A stretch of 64,000 nucleotides of DNA from Octopus vulgaris. Taxonomy: Eukaryota. Below, in pieces: positions 24,093-37,200 of the stretch. Position 1 is the first letter of the stretch, and each line of letters opens with the position of its first letter. The stretch covers positions 87,978,001-88,042,000 of the forward strand of contig OX597824.1 of NCBI GenBank assembly GCA_951406725.2, in the 5' to 3' direction. Both the position numbers and the translations under genes were made by a program. The notes below the pieces were generated by a model that ran no database searches, had not been told where the DNA came from, and saw only the letters and a program-made list of their open reading frames with translations.

Positions 24093-25814
24093 TTAAGCCA
24101 TTAACTCTCATCATTTTCTATCCTTCTATTTAGGAGAGTTACAATCAACAAGGTAGATTTGGTTCAAAATTATTTTGATAGTTAACTATCATATATGTTT
24201 TTTTTTTTTATATATTTGATTGAAGTTTAGCTTCGAACCAAAAGTTAGTTTGCTATCCATGCACAAAAACATGTGTATTTATTAGCACTTTGATTAGCTC
24301 TTGTTTAATATTGAAGACAAGTTTCTCAGCTCACATTTGACTTCAATATAAACTTCTCTTGTTATTAATTCAGTTTGAACGGAGACCAAGTTGTGGTTGA
24401 TAGTATGAAGTTGGATTCAAAACTTGTATCAGGCATGAGCTATCTTATTCAAACTGGCCATATCCAGCCCAAATGTTCTACCTGTTTTATGTTAAAACTG
24501 GCCAGATTTGGCCTCTTACACTTACCCTACAATGTTATTCTAAGAATATGCAATCACGTCATTGAAATCTCAAAGCTAAGAGATAAAGCATGATTAATTG
24601 AAAACAATGTGAATAATAATAATAATGATAATAATGAAATTATTGTATACAGTGCTCAGGTGCACCACAACTTGTCAAAAGTGCATATAAAGCATATGTC
24701 TGGGAAGTGAACAGTGTATGAGTCAGATACATGCTTGTGTGTGTATGGAGGGGAGAAAATCAGGTGTAGTGTTGGCGAATAGACATTATATTTGAGTTAT
24801 CTGAATACTAAAGGGTTAGGGAAAGAACTAGCTCAGTTCCTTTATATTACTGTAGTCCAAAGTTCAAACCTTAGGACTGTCACCATGCTGGGGCATTGCA
24901 TTTAAGAGTTTTAATCAAATATAACAACTCCAGTACACACATTCATCAAAGCTAGATTTTTTTCCCCATCCTATATTTTTTTTGCAGCAGACATTAAACT
25001 ACAGATAGTCAAATAATTCAGCAACATCACTGATTCCACCAGTCTGAGAAAGCTTGCAGGATCATGGGCTGTGTTCTTGTTCATAAAGAATAAAAGAATA
25101 TTTTTATAAATATGCTTTTTGCACATTTAGTTTCGGTGAGAATATTTTTTATAAAACGGATTCCGATATCTTGGTTCGGCCTTTGGACATTTATAAAAAG
25201 GAAAGATCTTGAATCTGTTGTTTCAGCATATTTCTAGATGTTCACACTGAGGAATCTTACACTTGATAACATGTGTTTTGGGAGCAGGCATCTTACCACA
25301 TAGCCACACCTATGCTGTTGTTATTTCTTTTATACAAGAAAGATTTTTCTTTTTTTTCTATGTAAACTTCATAAAACCCAAACATAATTCCTTTCGCCAA
25401 AGATTAACAGTTTACAAACATACAGAATCTAGAAAATTTATATTGAAAAATCTTACAAATTTATTTGATTTAATAAAAATAAAAAATGGAACATAAAAAA
25501 ATATGTAAAATATATATTGTAATAAAAGACATTTTATTTTCTGAATAATTAAAAAATTTTTTTTATCAAAACGTGTTTTAGATTTTTTTCAAAACAAATG
25601 AGAATATTTGAAATGTAATAAATTTTTGAATGAATGATGTGTGTGTGTGAGTGTGTGTGTATAAATATATGTATTTCATTCATTATCATCACTATCTTTT
25701 TAACATTTACTTTTCCATGTTTACATGGACCAGTGAGAGAGTACACTAGAGCAAAGTTTATGTGTGTATTATCATCATTATCTAATGTCTGCTTTTCCAT
25801 GCTGGCATGGGTCT

Positions 25815-26060
25815 TCCGGACAGTTAGGTGATACAAAAATGAGACAACAAAACATCCAGATAGACGATACAAAGAAAGCAAGGATGGGTCATTCAAAGTT
25901 TTCTTTCTTCAGTCAAGTACCAGATTATCTTCACAATTTTGACCGATTGTACTTGAGATTGCCCCAATCTGGCCAGCCCCAAGGAAAAACTAAGCTAGAG
26001 TATTAGATTCCTTGGAAGAAAGCAGCGAATGTATGCAAAAACAAGGACGGAAAAAAAAAC
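25815..26060 (-). mobile_element. Unclassified dispersed repeat; opposite-orientation copies at ~47740-48200 and ~52740-53225
   Basis: Shared CCAAGGAATCTAATGCTCTTAGC..CCTTGGGGCTGGCCAGATTGGAGCAATCTC. Confidence 0.7.
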
Positions 26061-26178
26061 AGTGAAACATTTCTGGGGAAAATTTTCCGTGTAAATTTTG
26101 TAAAAATTTTTCGTGAAAATTTTCGAAAAATTTTTGAGTAAAATTTACGTTGAAAACTTTCGAAAAATTTTTGGGGAA

Positions 26179-26286
26179 AAGTATGGAAGGCCAGCGGTGC
26201 CAAAATCACAAAGTATGGAATGCCAGCAGTGCCAAAATCACAAAGTATGGAAGGCCAGCGGTGCCAAAATCACAAAGTATGGAAGG
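26179..26286. repeat. 32-bp minisatellite x3.4
   Basis: AAGTATGGAAGGCCAGCGGTGCCAAAATCACA. Confidence 0.9.
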
Positions 26287-27282
26287 CTTCAAGGACCACG
26301 TTGCTCAACCATGCAGCACACACTTCATGCATGTGCATTGTACTTCCCCTTTGTTCCAAAATAGAAACCCCTTTATTACAATCAGGGATTCCCACACTGT
26401 TCTTACTCTGGCTTCTATGCTTTCATCATACCAACATTTCCACTGGTTACTCGATCACCTTGCTAAGAAAATCCATCAAATGTGCCTTCCAAGCATTTGA
26501 AAGAATCTGTTCTGTGTGTATGTTTATTGCTAACTACTCCTGTACATCTGCCACATATGAAGTCTGCTTTCTCTGTCAGCATCCATGAAGATCCACTACA
26601 CTTCTTGTGCATCAGTAGTTTACCTGATTATGAGCCTGAAGCAAGAGATGCTCCAGTATTATTTTATTTTAAAAAATAATATCCAGTATCTAAAATGCAA
26701 TTTACTTCAGAGAGAGAGGTGGGTGGAAGGAGGGATAGACAGATAGATAAATAGATGGATGGATATATAGATAGATAGATAGATAGATAGGTAGACGGAC
26801 AGGTGGATGGAGGGATTAATGGATGGATGGATGGATAGATGGATAGATAGATACATGGATAGATGGATAGATGAATAGATGGATAGATAGATAGATAGAT
26901 AGATAGATGATAGATGGATGGATGGTTGGATAGATAGCTAGATGGATAGATAGATAGATAGACAGACAGACAGATAGAGAGAGAGAGAGATTAATATCAC
27001 AAGCTGGTTAGTGTGACAGAGTTGCCTCTTAGAAATTATTATCATATTAAAACATCATCTGCAGACATTAATCATTTCAAATATGCTTTGCCTCCTTGAG
27101 TTGAGTTGAGATAATTTAGATGCTGGAGATTTGGCATGGCTCACTGAACATTGAGCCTGTATTGGCAATACACATACACATGTAGAAATATAGAAATAGA
27201 AAATGAGAAAGAGACATATTGCAATCTATTGACAGGGACACTTTCCCTTCTCATTACATATACAGAAAAATATGCTCACAAA

Positions 27283-27648
27283 GGCGGCAAGCTGGCAGAA
27301 TCGATAGCATGCCGGACGAAATGCTTAGCGATATTTTGTCTGCTGCTACGTTCTGAGTTCAAATTCTGCTGAGGTCAACTTTGCCTTTCATCCTTTCGGG
27401 GTCGATAAATTAAGTACCAGTTACGCACTGGGGTCGATATAATCGAACTTAATCCGTTTGTCTGTCCTCATTTGTCCTCTCTGTGTTTAGCCCCTTGTGG
27501 GTAGTAAAGAAATAGGTATTTCGTCTGCCGCTACGTTCTGAGTTCAAATTCCGCCGAGGTCGATTAAATAAGTACCAGTTACGCACTGGGGTCGATATAA
27601 TCGACTGTCCTCTCTGTGTTTAGCCCCTTATGGGCAATAAAGAAATAA
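27283..27648 (+). mobile_element. SINE family A
   Basis: Head and core; TSD AGAAAAATATGCTCACA on both sides. Confidence 0.9.
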
Positions 27649-27671
27649 GAAAAATATGCTCACACACATAA

Positions 27672-27702
<31 letters not shown>

Positions 27703-28069
27703 GGGAGAACAAGAGAAGTATTAACCCTTTAGTATTTAAACTGGCCATGTGTGGCTCAAATATGTCAGCTGTTTTATGTTCAAACCAGCCAGATCTAGCT
27801 AATCATACCTACCCTATATATCATCATTGTCGTCATCGTTTAATGTCCGCTTTCCATGTTGGCATGGGTTGGACAGTTTGACTGAGGACTGGCGAACCAG
27901 ATGGCTGCACCAGGCTCCAGTCTTGATCTGGCAGAATTTCTACAGCTGGATGCCCCTCCTAATGCCAACCACTCCGAGAGTGTAGTGAGTGCTTTTACGT
28001 GCCACCAGCACGAGGGCCAGTCAGGCAGTACTGGCAATGGCCACACTCAAATGGTATTTTTTACAAATT

Positions 28070-28215
28070 TTTTTTTCAACATGTAAATACTGAACAGTGT
28101 ATATAAAGTATAAAATCCTTTTAAGTGCGGAAAAATTTGCCAGCAAATTTTTCTGCTCTTTAAAGGATTTTTTATCCTTTATATACACTGTTCAATATTT
28201 ACGTGCTGAAAAAAA
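28070..28215. repeat. Imperfect fold-back palindrome (MITE-like)
   Basis: TGAACAGTGTATATAAAG..AAAAATTTGC|CA|GCAAATTTTT..CTTTATATACACTGTTCA. Confidence 0.75.
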
Positions 28216-28256
28216 AAAAAAAATTTCTCTTTCTGCTTATCTTTATGTACTTTTGT

Positions 28257-28450
28257 TAAGAAACCTTTGTGAATGATCGATGTGAAAACAGCTGTTTCAA
28301 GCTCATGCTCTTTATTTCATTTCATGTTCTTGTGGTAATATTATTATTAAAATGTCATATAATATTATTATAAACTCCATACAGTCAACATGAAATCAAA
28401 AGCATGAGATTGAAGTAGATGTTTACACGTGTCGTTCACAAAGGGTTCTA
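28257..28450. repeat. Degenerate inverted-repeat element (MITE-like)
   Basis: AGAAACCTTTGTGAATGA...TCGTTCACAAAGGGTTCT; inner CTCATGCT/AGCATGAG and ATTTCATGTT/AACATGAAAT. Confidence 0.65.
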
Positions 28451-30541
28451 AATGAAAGAACATAACAAGAAGTGTTTCTTTTAAACTTCAATTTCATAAT
28501 TTTTATAGTGGCTGTGTGGTAAGTAGCTTGTTTACCAACCACATGGTTCCGGGTTCAGTCCCACTGCGTGGCACCTTGGGCAAGTGTCTTGTACTATAGC
28601 CTCGGGCCGACCAAAGCCTTGTGAGTGGATTTGGTAGACGGAAACTGAAAGAAGCCCGTCGTATATATGTATATATATATATATATATATGCGTGTGTGT
28701 TTGTGTGTCTGTGTTTGTTCCCCTAGCATTGCTTGACAACCGATGCTGGTGTATTTATGTCCCCGTTACTTAGTGGTTCGGCAAAAGAGACCGATAGAAT
28801 AAGTACTGGGCTTACAAAAGAATAAGTCTCGGGGTCGAGTTGCTCGATTAAAGGTGGTGCTCCAGCATGGCCACAGTCAAATGACTGAAACAAGTAAAAG
28901 AGTAAGAGTATACTGCATATACTTTATACGCACTTTCTGACAAGTTGTGGTGCACCTGAGCACTGTATACAATAATTTCATTATTATATATACCAAGGAC
29001 TAAATTCCCCATAGGAGGGGGTAACCACAAGACACACACACCAGGCATTCCATTCATTTCCTATGCTCGAGTCAAGGCATAGAAAGCAACCTCCCCCCCA
29101 CTACCATTTCATATTCCAAAAAATAATCAGGCAGTGAATACTCTAAAGAAAACCAGGCTTGGTTTACCAGCTGAAACGAGTAATTCGGAGTATTGGAAAT
29201 CAAAGCCTTTCAGTTGTGTGTTATAGATTTGTGGAAGGAACATGTGGAAAGGGTAGGCCCAGGAATATATGAGATGAAGTAGTGAGAAAGGATCTCCAGA
29301 CGTTGGCCTCACAGATGAGACTCTTGGCAATTTGCTGTGCTTGAGAAGACACATCAAAATAAGTAAAACCGTGGTTGTCCTGGCATACAGCCATGTGCCC
29401 TGCTTCCCTCTCCAGCCGAGCGTTCCTAATCTGGCAGGCTTGTGGGTGCTGGTTGGTATTAGGAAGGGCATCAAGCTATAGAAACCATGCTAAAACAGAC
29501 ATGGATCCTGGGCAGCACTTCAGCTGGTCAGCTCCTGTCAAACCATCCAACCCATGCCAGCATGGAAAACAGATATCACACAATGTTTGATAACTGGTAT
29601 CCGTGCTTGTGGGGTGCAAAGAGCACCATACGAGTGTGATCGTCGACAGAGCAGCTAACCGGCTTCCGTGTCAGTGGCACATAAAAGGCACCATTCAAGT
29701 GTGATCGTTACCAGTGTCACCTTACTGGCACTTGTGCCCCGTGCTAGAAGGGTGCTAAGAGCACCATCCGACTGTGATCGTTGCCAGAGCGGATAACTGG
29801 CTTCCGTGCCAGTAGCACGTAAAAGGCACCATTCGAGCGTGATCGTTACCAGCATTGCCTTACTGGCACTTGTGCCGGTAGCACATGTAAAAACATTTGA
29901 GCAAGGTCGTTGCCAGTACCGCCTGACTGGCCCCCGTACCGGTGGCACGTAAAAGCATCCACTACACTCTCGGAGTGGTTGGCATTAGGAAGGGCATTCA
30001 ACTGTAGAAACACTGCCAGATCAAGATTGGAGCCTGGTGCAGCCTCCTGGCTTCCCAGACCCCAATCAAACCACCCAACCCATGCTAGCATGGAAAACAG
30101 ACGTTAAACAATGATGATGATCATGATCATTATCAAAAGATCAGAGAATGTTCACCGGCCTAAAAGATCCCACTATAATGGCAAATCCTATCCATTTGTG
30201 AGGACAATACTTATTGAACTACCTAGCTTTATACCTGGTGTCTTCTGTACAAATGGTAATGCAACCAAAACGGTCAAGTCTCATTTGGCGCCGTGATGTT
30301 CTAATTCTACAATTAGGTTTATTATGATTCATTTAATGTAACATATCACCAGGGTTTAATACTGAAATTTTATTGCAAGTAATATTAAAAATACATTTTC
30401 AACAAATATACTTTAACACAATTGTAACGAAACTGTATGTATATATATATATATATATATTTAATATGCATATATATATATATATATAGTAATAGAAAAT
30501 AGAAAGGAATTCCGATTATCCCCACGTGGTGAGTTGTAATG

Positions 30542-30911
30542 TATATAAGAAATTAAAAGAGGAAAATACACACACATAGTTTTAATATAATTTTTAATAT
30601 ATCGACCGGTTTCGCTATCACTATTCATGATATTATGTTTTACTTATTTGAATATATATTTTTTCTTAAGAAGAAATTTTGTCCATGTTGTGTGTGATGA
30701 AATTCACGAGTGAATGACTTCACAAGTAGATAAATTCACTCGTGAATTTCATCACACACAACATGGACAAAATTTCTTCTTAAGAAAATATATATATTCA
30801 AATAAGTAAAACATAATATCATGAATAGCGATAGCGAAACCGGTCCATATATTAAAAATTATATTAAAACCATGAAAGCGTGTGTATTTTCCTTTTTTAA
30901 TTTCTTATATA
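30542..30911. repeat. ~370-bp near-perfect palindrome (arms ~175 bp, ~17-nt loop)
   Basis: ...GATGAAATTCACGAGTGAAT-gacttcacaagtagataa-ATTCACTCGTGAATTTCATC... Confidence 0.92.
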
Positions 30912-31212
30912 TATACATATATATGTGTATGTATGTATGTATTCATATGTAAATAGAAAACAGATGAGCTGATTTTGAAGTAGCATTAGTAAGAAAAAAA
31001 ATATATCTCTAGACCTGTTTACTCTGAAATAGTAAAAAAATAAAAATGTAAATAAATTAGAGTTGTCACGTTAGTAAATGTGGAATCTTTGTTTATATAC
31101 AAAAATTAATACATTCCTAAAACAACATTCCAAAAACATTAAATAAATACAAAAAAAATAAGTGGTGGAAGAATTTACAGATTTATGAGAAAATGATTTC
31201 ATGGAAGCCAAA

Positions 31213-34200
31213 TCAAACTTTCTTTCCTCTCCTCGGTCTGCCAGTCCCCCTTTGTGGTTTTCTCTTAGTTTGTTTATCTTTATTCAGAACAAATGTTATA
31301 CACTGGTTATCTAGATATTCCAACAGTTTATTAGCAGGACATTTTATATTGGACTCTTCAAGAGTCTTCTTCAAAACATCAAAATCAAGAGGTTCGTACT
31401 GAAGTACTTTTCTATAGAAGTCAGGATTAGTTTGGATAAAAGCATTTACTTTACTAAAAAGTATTTCTCCATTCGCCTGCTGACTGCTCGTTACTTCTTC
31501 TGCCTCGTTAGCAATATAATTTTCTTCATATATAACCACTCCATCATTTTCAAAACTTGAAATATTTATAGGAGATATACTCTCAGCTGATTCTTTATCA
31601 GTCTTAGGATCCCTGGGTTCTGGGGAGCTTACTTGGAATCTGTTCGTCTCAGAGATTTCCTTATTCGTGTCCCTACTCGTGTCGTGTTCACTATCGCTTT
31701 TATACTGATGAGTTCTGATAAAGATGTCTTTGAGAACTTTTATCATATTCTTCTTAGGTCTTGCTTTGCAGCCGTATTTCTTCATCTCTTTTTTCAGGCC
31801 TGGTGTGGTCATTTTATCGTAATCCGGCATTGGGGTAAAGGGCGAAAGAATACTTTGCTCTTTTTCACGATAGTTTGCTGGGGTTTGAAATTTTGCTTCA
31901 GTATTACCCTTCAGATCAATATTTTCAAATGAATCAGATAAAGTACAATTTAATTCCGATCCCAGACATGACAAGTTTTTTATATCTTCCATCATACTTG
32001 TGTAAGAACAATCATGTGATGAAGAGGGAGCAAGGTTTTGTTCAGCTGCAGGAGGTAAATCTAGTTTATCTTTACTGGAGTCCAAATTAACATTGGAATG
32101 TGAAGGTACTGGGGAGAATGGTACCATATCATCAAAATTATCATCAGAAAATTGTCCCCAGACGTCATTGGTGACATTATGATTTGACTGAAGGTTTTCA
32201 CAGTTTGTAATTTTTTTATCAGAAGCTGATGGTCCAGTAAACGATTTCACAAGGGAGTCAGGATTTCCAACATCCACACTTTTGTTTCCTGTTGAACTGC
32301 AAATTATGGATTTTGCCGTAATCTTTTTGAATACAAATTTCTTCTTTGGTTTTCCAGATGGTTCCACTTGGTGTTCTTTGGTGGAACAGAAATCATTCGA
32401 GATGTTTGGGGAAAGTTTCTTTAAATCTGCCGTTTCAGCTTCATTGGTAACATCACCATCAAACTGTTTAGTTTTCCTGTCTTCATCATTATACAACTCA
32501 TCGGAAATATTAAAAGATGAATTTAAAGAACATTTCTCTGATGATTCCTCCACCCTTGCCACTGTTTCTAAATTACTACTTGCCTCTAGGTTAAGGTTTT
32601 CCTTAACAGTTTTTCTTTTCTGCGGTGAGCAAGACTTTCTACTTCGTTTATTTTTCTCCAAAATAAATGTTATACACTGATTCTCAAGATATTCAAGCAG
32701 TTTCTTATTTGAGCATTTTATATTAGATTCTCCAAGTCTTTTCTTCAAAACACCAAAATCGACTGGCTCATACTCAAGTATTTTTTTATACAAGTCAGGA
32801 TTATCCTGGATAAAACTATTTAATACACTAAAATGGGCTTTCCCATAAGTTGTTTCATTCATATCATCAGCAAAGAAACTTTCTTCATATATTTCTCTAT
32901 CATTTTCATAACTCGAATTCTTTTCAGGAGACGCACTTTCAATGGATTCCCTATTTGACTCAGCGTCATTAGATTGTTTAGGGCTTATTTGCAGATTATT
33001 TATCTCAGAAATGTCCCCATATGCCTCCTTACTTATATCAAGATCACTCTCATTTTTAAACTGATGCGTATTTTCATAGCTGTCATTAAAAACTGTAATA
33101 ATACTCGTTTCAGATTTTACTGTGTATACTTCATTGCTGCCACTCTCGTTACATAAATTAACAGACGAATTTAATGAATTGATTGGTGAAAACTGCACCT
33201 CTTTGCTTGTATCTAACTTTGAATTGTCTGAGTCTAAAATTGGAGAACTTCTCTTATATAAAGTTAAATGACTGTTCCCTTCCGTTTCAAGATCCTTCTT
33301 AGCTTTCTTCCTGTTTAAAGGTGAACAGGACAGAGAACTTTGTTTTCTTTTTCTATTTTGGTTTTGAGAAAAAGTCTCTGGTTGATCATCATTCAGGTTT
33401 TTATTTATGTCCTTGACTTCTTGTGTTTTTGGAAAAACTGGAGCAGGAGAATTTAGAAAACCAAATTTCTCTCCTAAATTACAATTAGTCTCTGTAGGAA
33501 GAGACAGAGGAACAGTCAGTTCTTTGTTTGATCCATCAGCAGACGTCAAAGACCGAGATGTATAAATAATCCTACAAACTGGATTATCTGCAACGTTATT
33601 ATCTACATTTGGACTATTATTTATTTGGTCGCTGTCTTTAGTTAAGGAGACAGTTTCATGACTAGAAAAGCTAGGTTCTGAAATGCCTGGTTTATTTTCT
33701 TTATGGCAAGGAAATATATTTTCCACTATTTGATGAGACGATGTGAATTCATGTTGGTTATGAAAACTATTCTGGATACTGGTCTTGTTGTTTTCTGCAG
33801 TTTCTAGCTCTTCATCACTAAATAATTCTTTGGACATGTTTGACAGATCATCACTTAAACTTAATACATTTTCCCTGTTGTTGTGAAGGTTGTCCTTTTT
33901 GGGTGTTGCAATATCATCACAATTAGATTTCATCTCAGGAGAATTGTTCAAAGATTCGTCCTCAAAATGAATTGGAGAAAAATCTTCAATTAATTCAGCA
34001 TTACTTAATTGGTGTTGCTCTTTATTATCAGAGTTATTATTGCTGTTATCAGGTAAATTAGTAGAAACAGGCAAAGTGGATGTGAATGATGGAAGCACAT
34101 TTTTATTTAGCACGAAACCTTCTTCAGCTTCTGGTGGATGAGGTGTGTGAAGGTTGTCCTTTTCAGGTGTTGCGATATCATCACAATTAGATTTCGTCTC

Positions 34201-37200
34201 AGGAGAATTGTTAAAAGATTCGTCCTCAAAATGAATTGGAGAAAAATCTTCAATTAATTCAGCATTATTTAATTGGTGTTGCTCTTTATTATCAGAGTTA
34301 TTATTGCTGTTATCAGGTAAATTAGTAGAAACAGGCAAAGTGGATGTGAATGATGGAAGCACATTTTTATTTAGCACGAAACCTTCTTCAGCCTCTGGTG
34401 GATGAGGTGTGTTCTGTGAGGATGTTAAGTCGGATGGAGACTTTTGCAGTGTCATCACAACATCACAAGGGTTATTGTCAGTTTTATCAGTGGATAAAGG
34501 ATCAATATTGTAATTAGATTGTGGTTCGTTTGGCTGATTGTCACAGTTTATTTCAGGTAACTGAGCAGATGATCCAAGTTGAGAAGAGACAGGCACATTT
34601 GACAAATAATCCAAATTGCTTCCATTATCATCAGAATATCCATTTAATGATTTTTCCAAAACTTTCGAAGAAGGTGAGATAACATTTGGAGAGGTATTTG
34701 TGGGATTTTGAAATTCGGCAGAATCTTTTGTTACAGTAGACTGGTCGTCATTCTGAGAATTTTGAGGTTGTTTCTCTCTATCTAATATTTTATAATCACA
34801 GCTTGGATTTTCTGGGCAAATATTTCTGTTGTCAACATCGTCATCTGAGCTTTCAAGCAAATAATCAATCATGCTATCAACTGTTTTTAAAGGAGATGGA
34901 TAAAAATCTGAACTTTGTTGGTTATGATTTACACTGGTTTTTGATATTTTCTCACAGGCTTGAAATAATTCAGGCATTTCAAGCTCCTGGGAGAGCATCC
35001 TTAAGTTGTTTGCTTGAGTTTCATCTATATTTAACTGCCCTGCATAAATATACTTCAGAAGCACTATTAACAGATCATGAGATACTTCGCTCAGATGAAC
35101 TGTGGGTGTCTCAAGATGAGTAGAGACTCTGTTTAAAATATTGGGGCATCTGATTTGGAGAATTATTTTATGTCCAAAAACTTTAGTTCCGTCAGCTGTC
35201 ATAAACTGAACATCACTAAAACTAGAGTTGTTGACTAACTGACAAAGGTCTGAACTTAAAGATGTTAGTAAACCTGTTGAACGTTCTTCATTCGTTTCTT
35301 TTTGAACATTTGGTGACTTATCTTCGACAGGATTGTGCATAGAACCATTTGTAGGTTCATCGTCATTGGCCAGCTCAGCTAAGATAAGAGCAGTTTGGCT
35401 TGGCGCTACTGGTTGCTCATCCGTTTCTTTATCAGCAGAATCAGTTGTATTTCGATTAATAACACTTTCAGTGTTTCTAGATAAATGTTTCAATCGACTT
35501 CCTACATTTAAAACATCCATTTCAATGGGGGGCATCAATGAATTCACATAGAATGGAAGTTTTGAAGAATCTGCCTGAGTTAGCGAAGATTTTAGCCATA
35601 GATTGGAAGGTTCTGTTGAAACTAAAGAACTATGTTTATGCCTTTTACTTAAGGAAACATTTTCAAAATTTTCGTTCATAATATTAGCAACTTTTCCGGC
35701 ATTGCATTCTTGGCGCTCTTCATCCGATAACGTAACTAACAACGGAAGTTGTTTGTTTTTCTGATTTTTTAACTCTTTCAAAACTTCTTTTTTTATATTC
35801 TGGATACACCGACTTAATTGCTCTTCCTGTTTGTTTTGTTCTTCTTGAAGAGAATTAGACATGGCTAGCGCTAGCTCAAGCTGATCATCAGGAGCTTTTT
35901 TAGACTTGGATGTTTTTCTATTCTTTGGCTGCCTTTTGTTTGTGGTCAATCTGCTGGGTTCACCATGGACATTTGCAATAACGTGCTGTCCAGGTGCAAT
36001 AAATTTATCCCTTCCACAGCTTTTGAAATGCATCTCTCTTAAAGAAAAAGACTTAAACTGCTGCCCACACATAGGACAAATGACTACAGATTGTGTTAGA
36101 GTGTCAGGGGGAGCTTTTGCATTTTCTGCCTGGTCAATACATGTGTTGATATGCTGAGTTCTGTGTAATGAATTCAAGCAGGTCAAATCTGTTTTACATA
36201 TACAACACAGGATTTTGTCAGATTCTGGAGAGTCGTTAGTTGTCAAGGCATTTTCGTTCAGTTCTTCATGCAACTTTTGGGCTAATATTTCATCTTGGGA
36301 TATTTGGCTGTGTTTTGTTTTATTGTCAAATGGCTTGTGGCTGGATGACTGAAATTGTTCCTTGAGACATTGTAGTACATGCTCTTCGAATAATAGAACA
36401 GGAAAATCATCTTTGCATGTAGGACACACCTTCATTTGTACTTCAGTAAAATCATTGTCTAATTTCAGTTTATTTTGTCCATGGTCAAATCCTGTTTCTG
36501 TGGGAGCAATTGGAGATGTAATAGCATAAACAAGGGGAGATGTAACTGTAGAAAAGTGTGAATCTGCTTCGGCGGGGACATGTGAAGGTGTAACAGAAAA
36601 GACATGTGAAGAGGTCCCATTGGAGATATGTGAAGATGTAACATTAGGAATGTGTGAAGATACTTCAGTGAAGACATGTGAAGATGTTCCGGTGGGGACA
36701 TGTGAAGATGTAACAAGAGGGACACGTGAAGCTGTTTCAATGGGGACATGTGAAGATGTAACAAGAGGGACACGTGAAGCTGTTTCAATGGGGACATGTG
36801 AAGATGTAACAAGAGGGACACGTGAAGCTGTTTCAATGGGGACATGTGAAGATGTAAACGGGGAAATATGTGAAGATGTAATAGTGGAGACATGTAAAGA
36901 TAATTTGGTGGGGGCATGTGAAGATGTAACAAAAGGGACAATTGAAGATGAAACATTAGGGATATGTGAAAATGTAACAGAAGGGATATGTGAAGATGCA
37001 ACAGAGGGGACATGTGAAGACATAACTGGGGGGACATGTGAAGACATAACAGAGGGGGCATATGAAGATGTAACAGAAGGGATACAGGAAGATGTAACAG
37101 AGAGGTCATGTGAAGATGTAACAGAGGTGGCATGTGAAGATGTAACAGAGAGGACATGTGAAGATGAAACAGAGGAGACATGTGAAGATGTAACAGTGGG

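Noticed and set aside
26179-26286. 32-bp repeats as a CRISPR array
   Set aside because: Head-to-tail with no spacers, in a eukaryotic context; ordinary minisatellite
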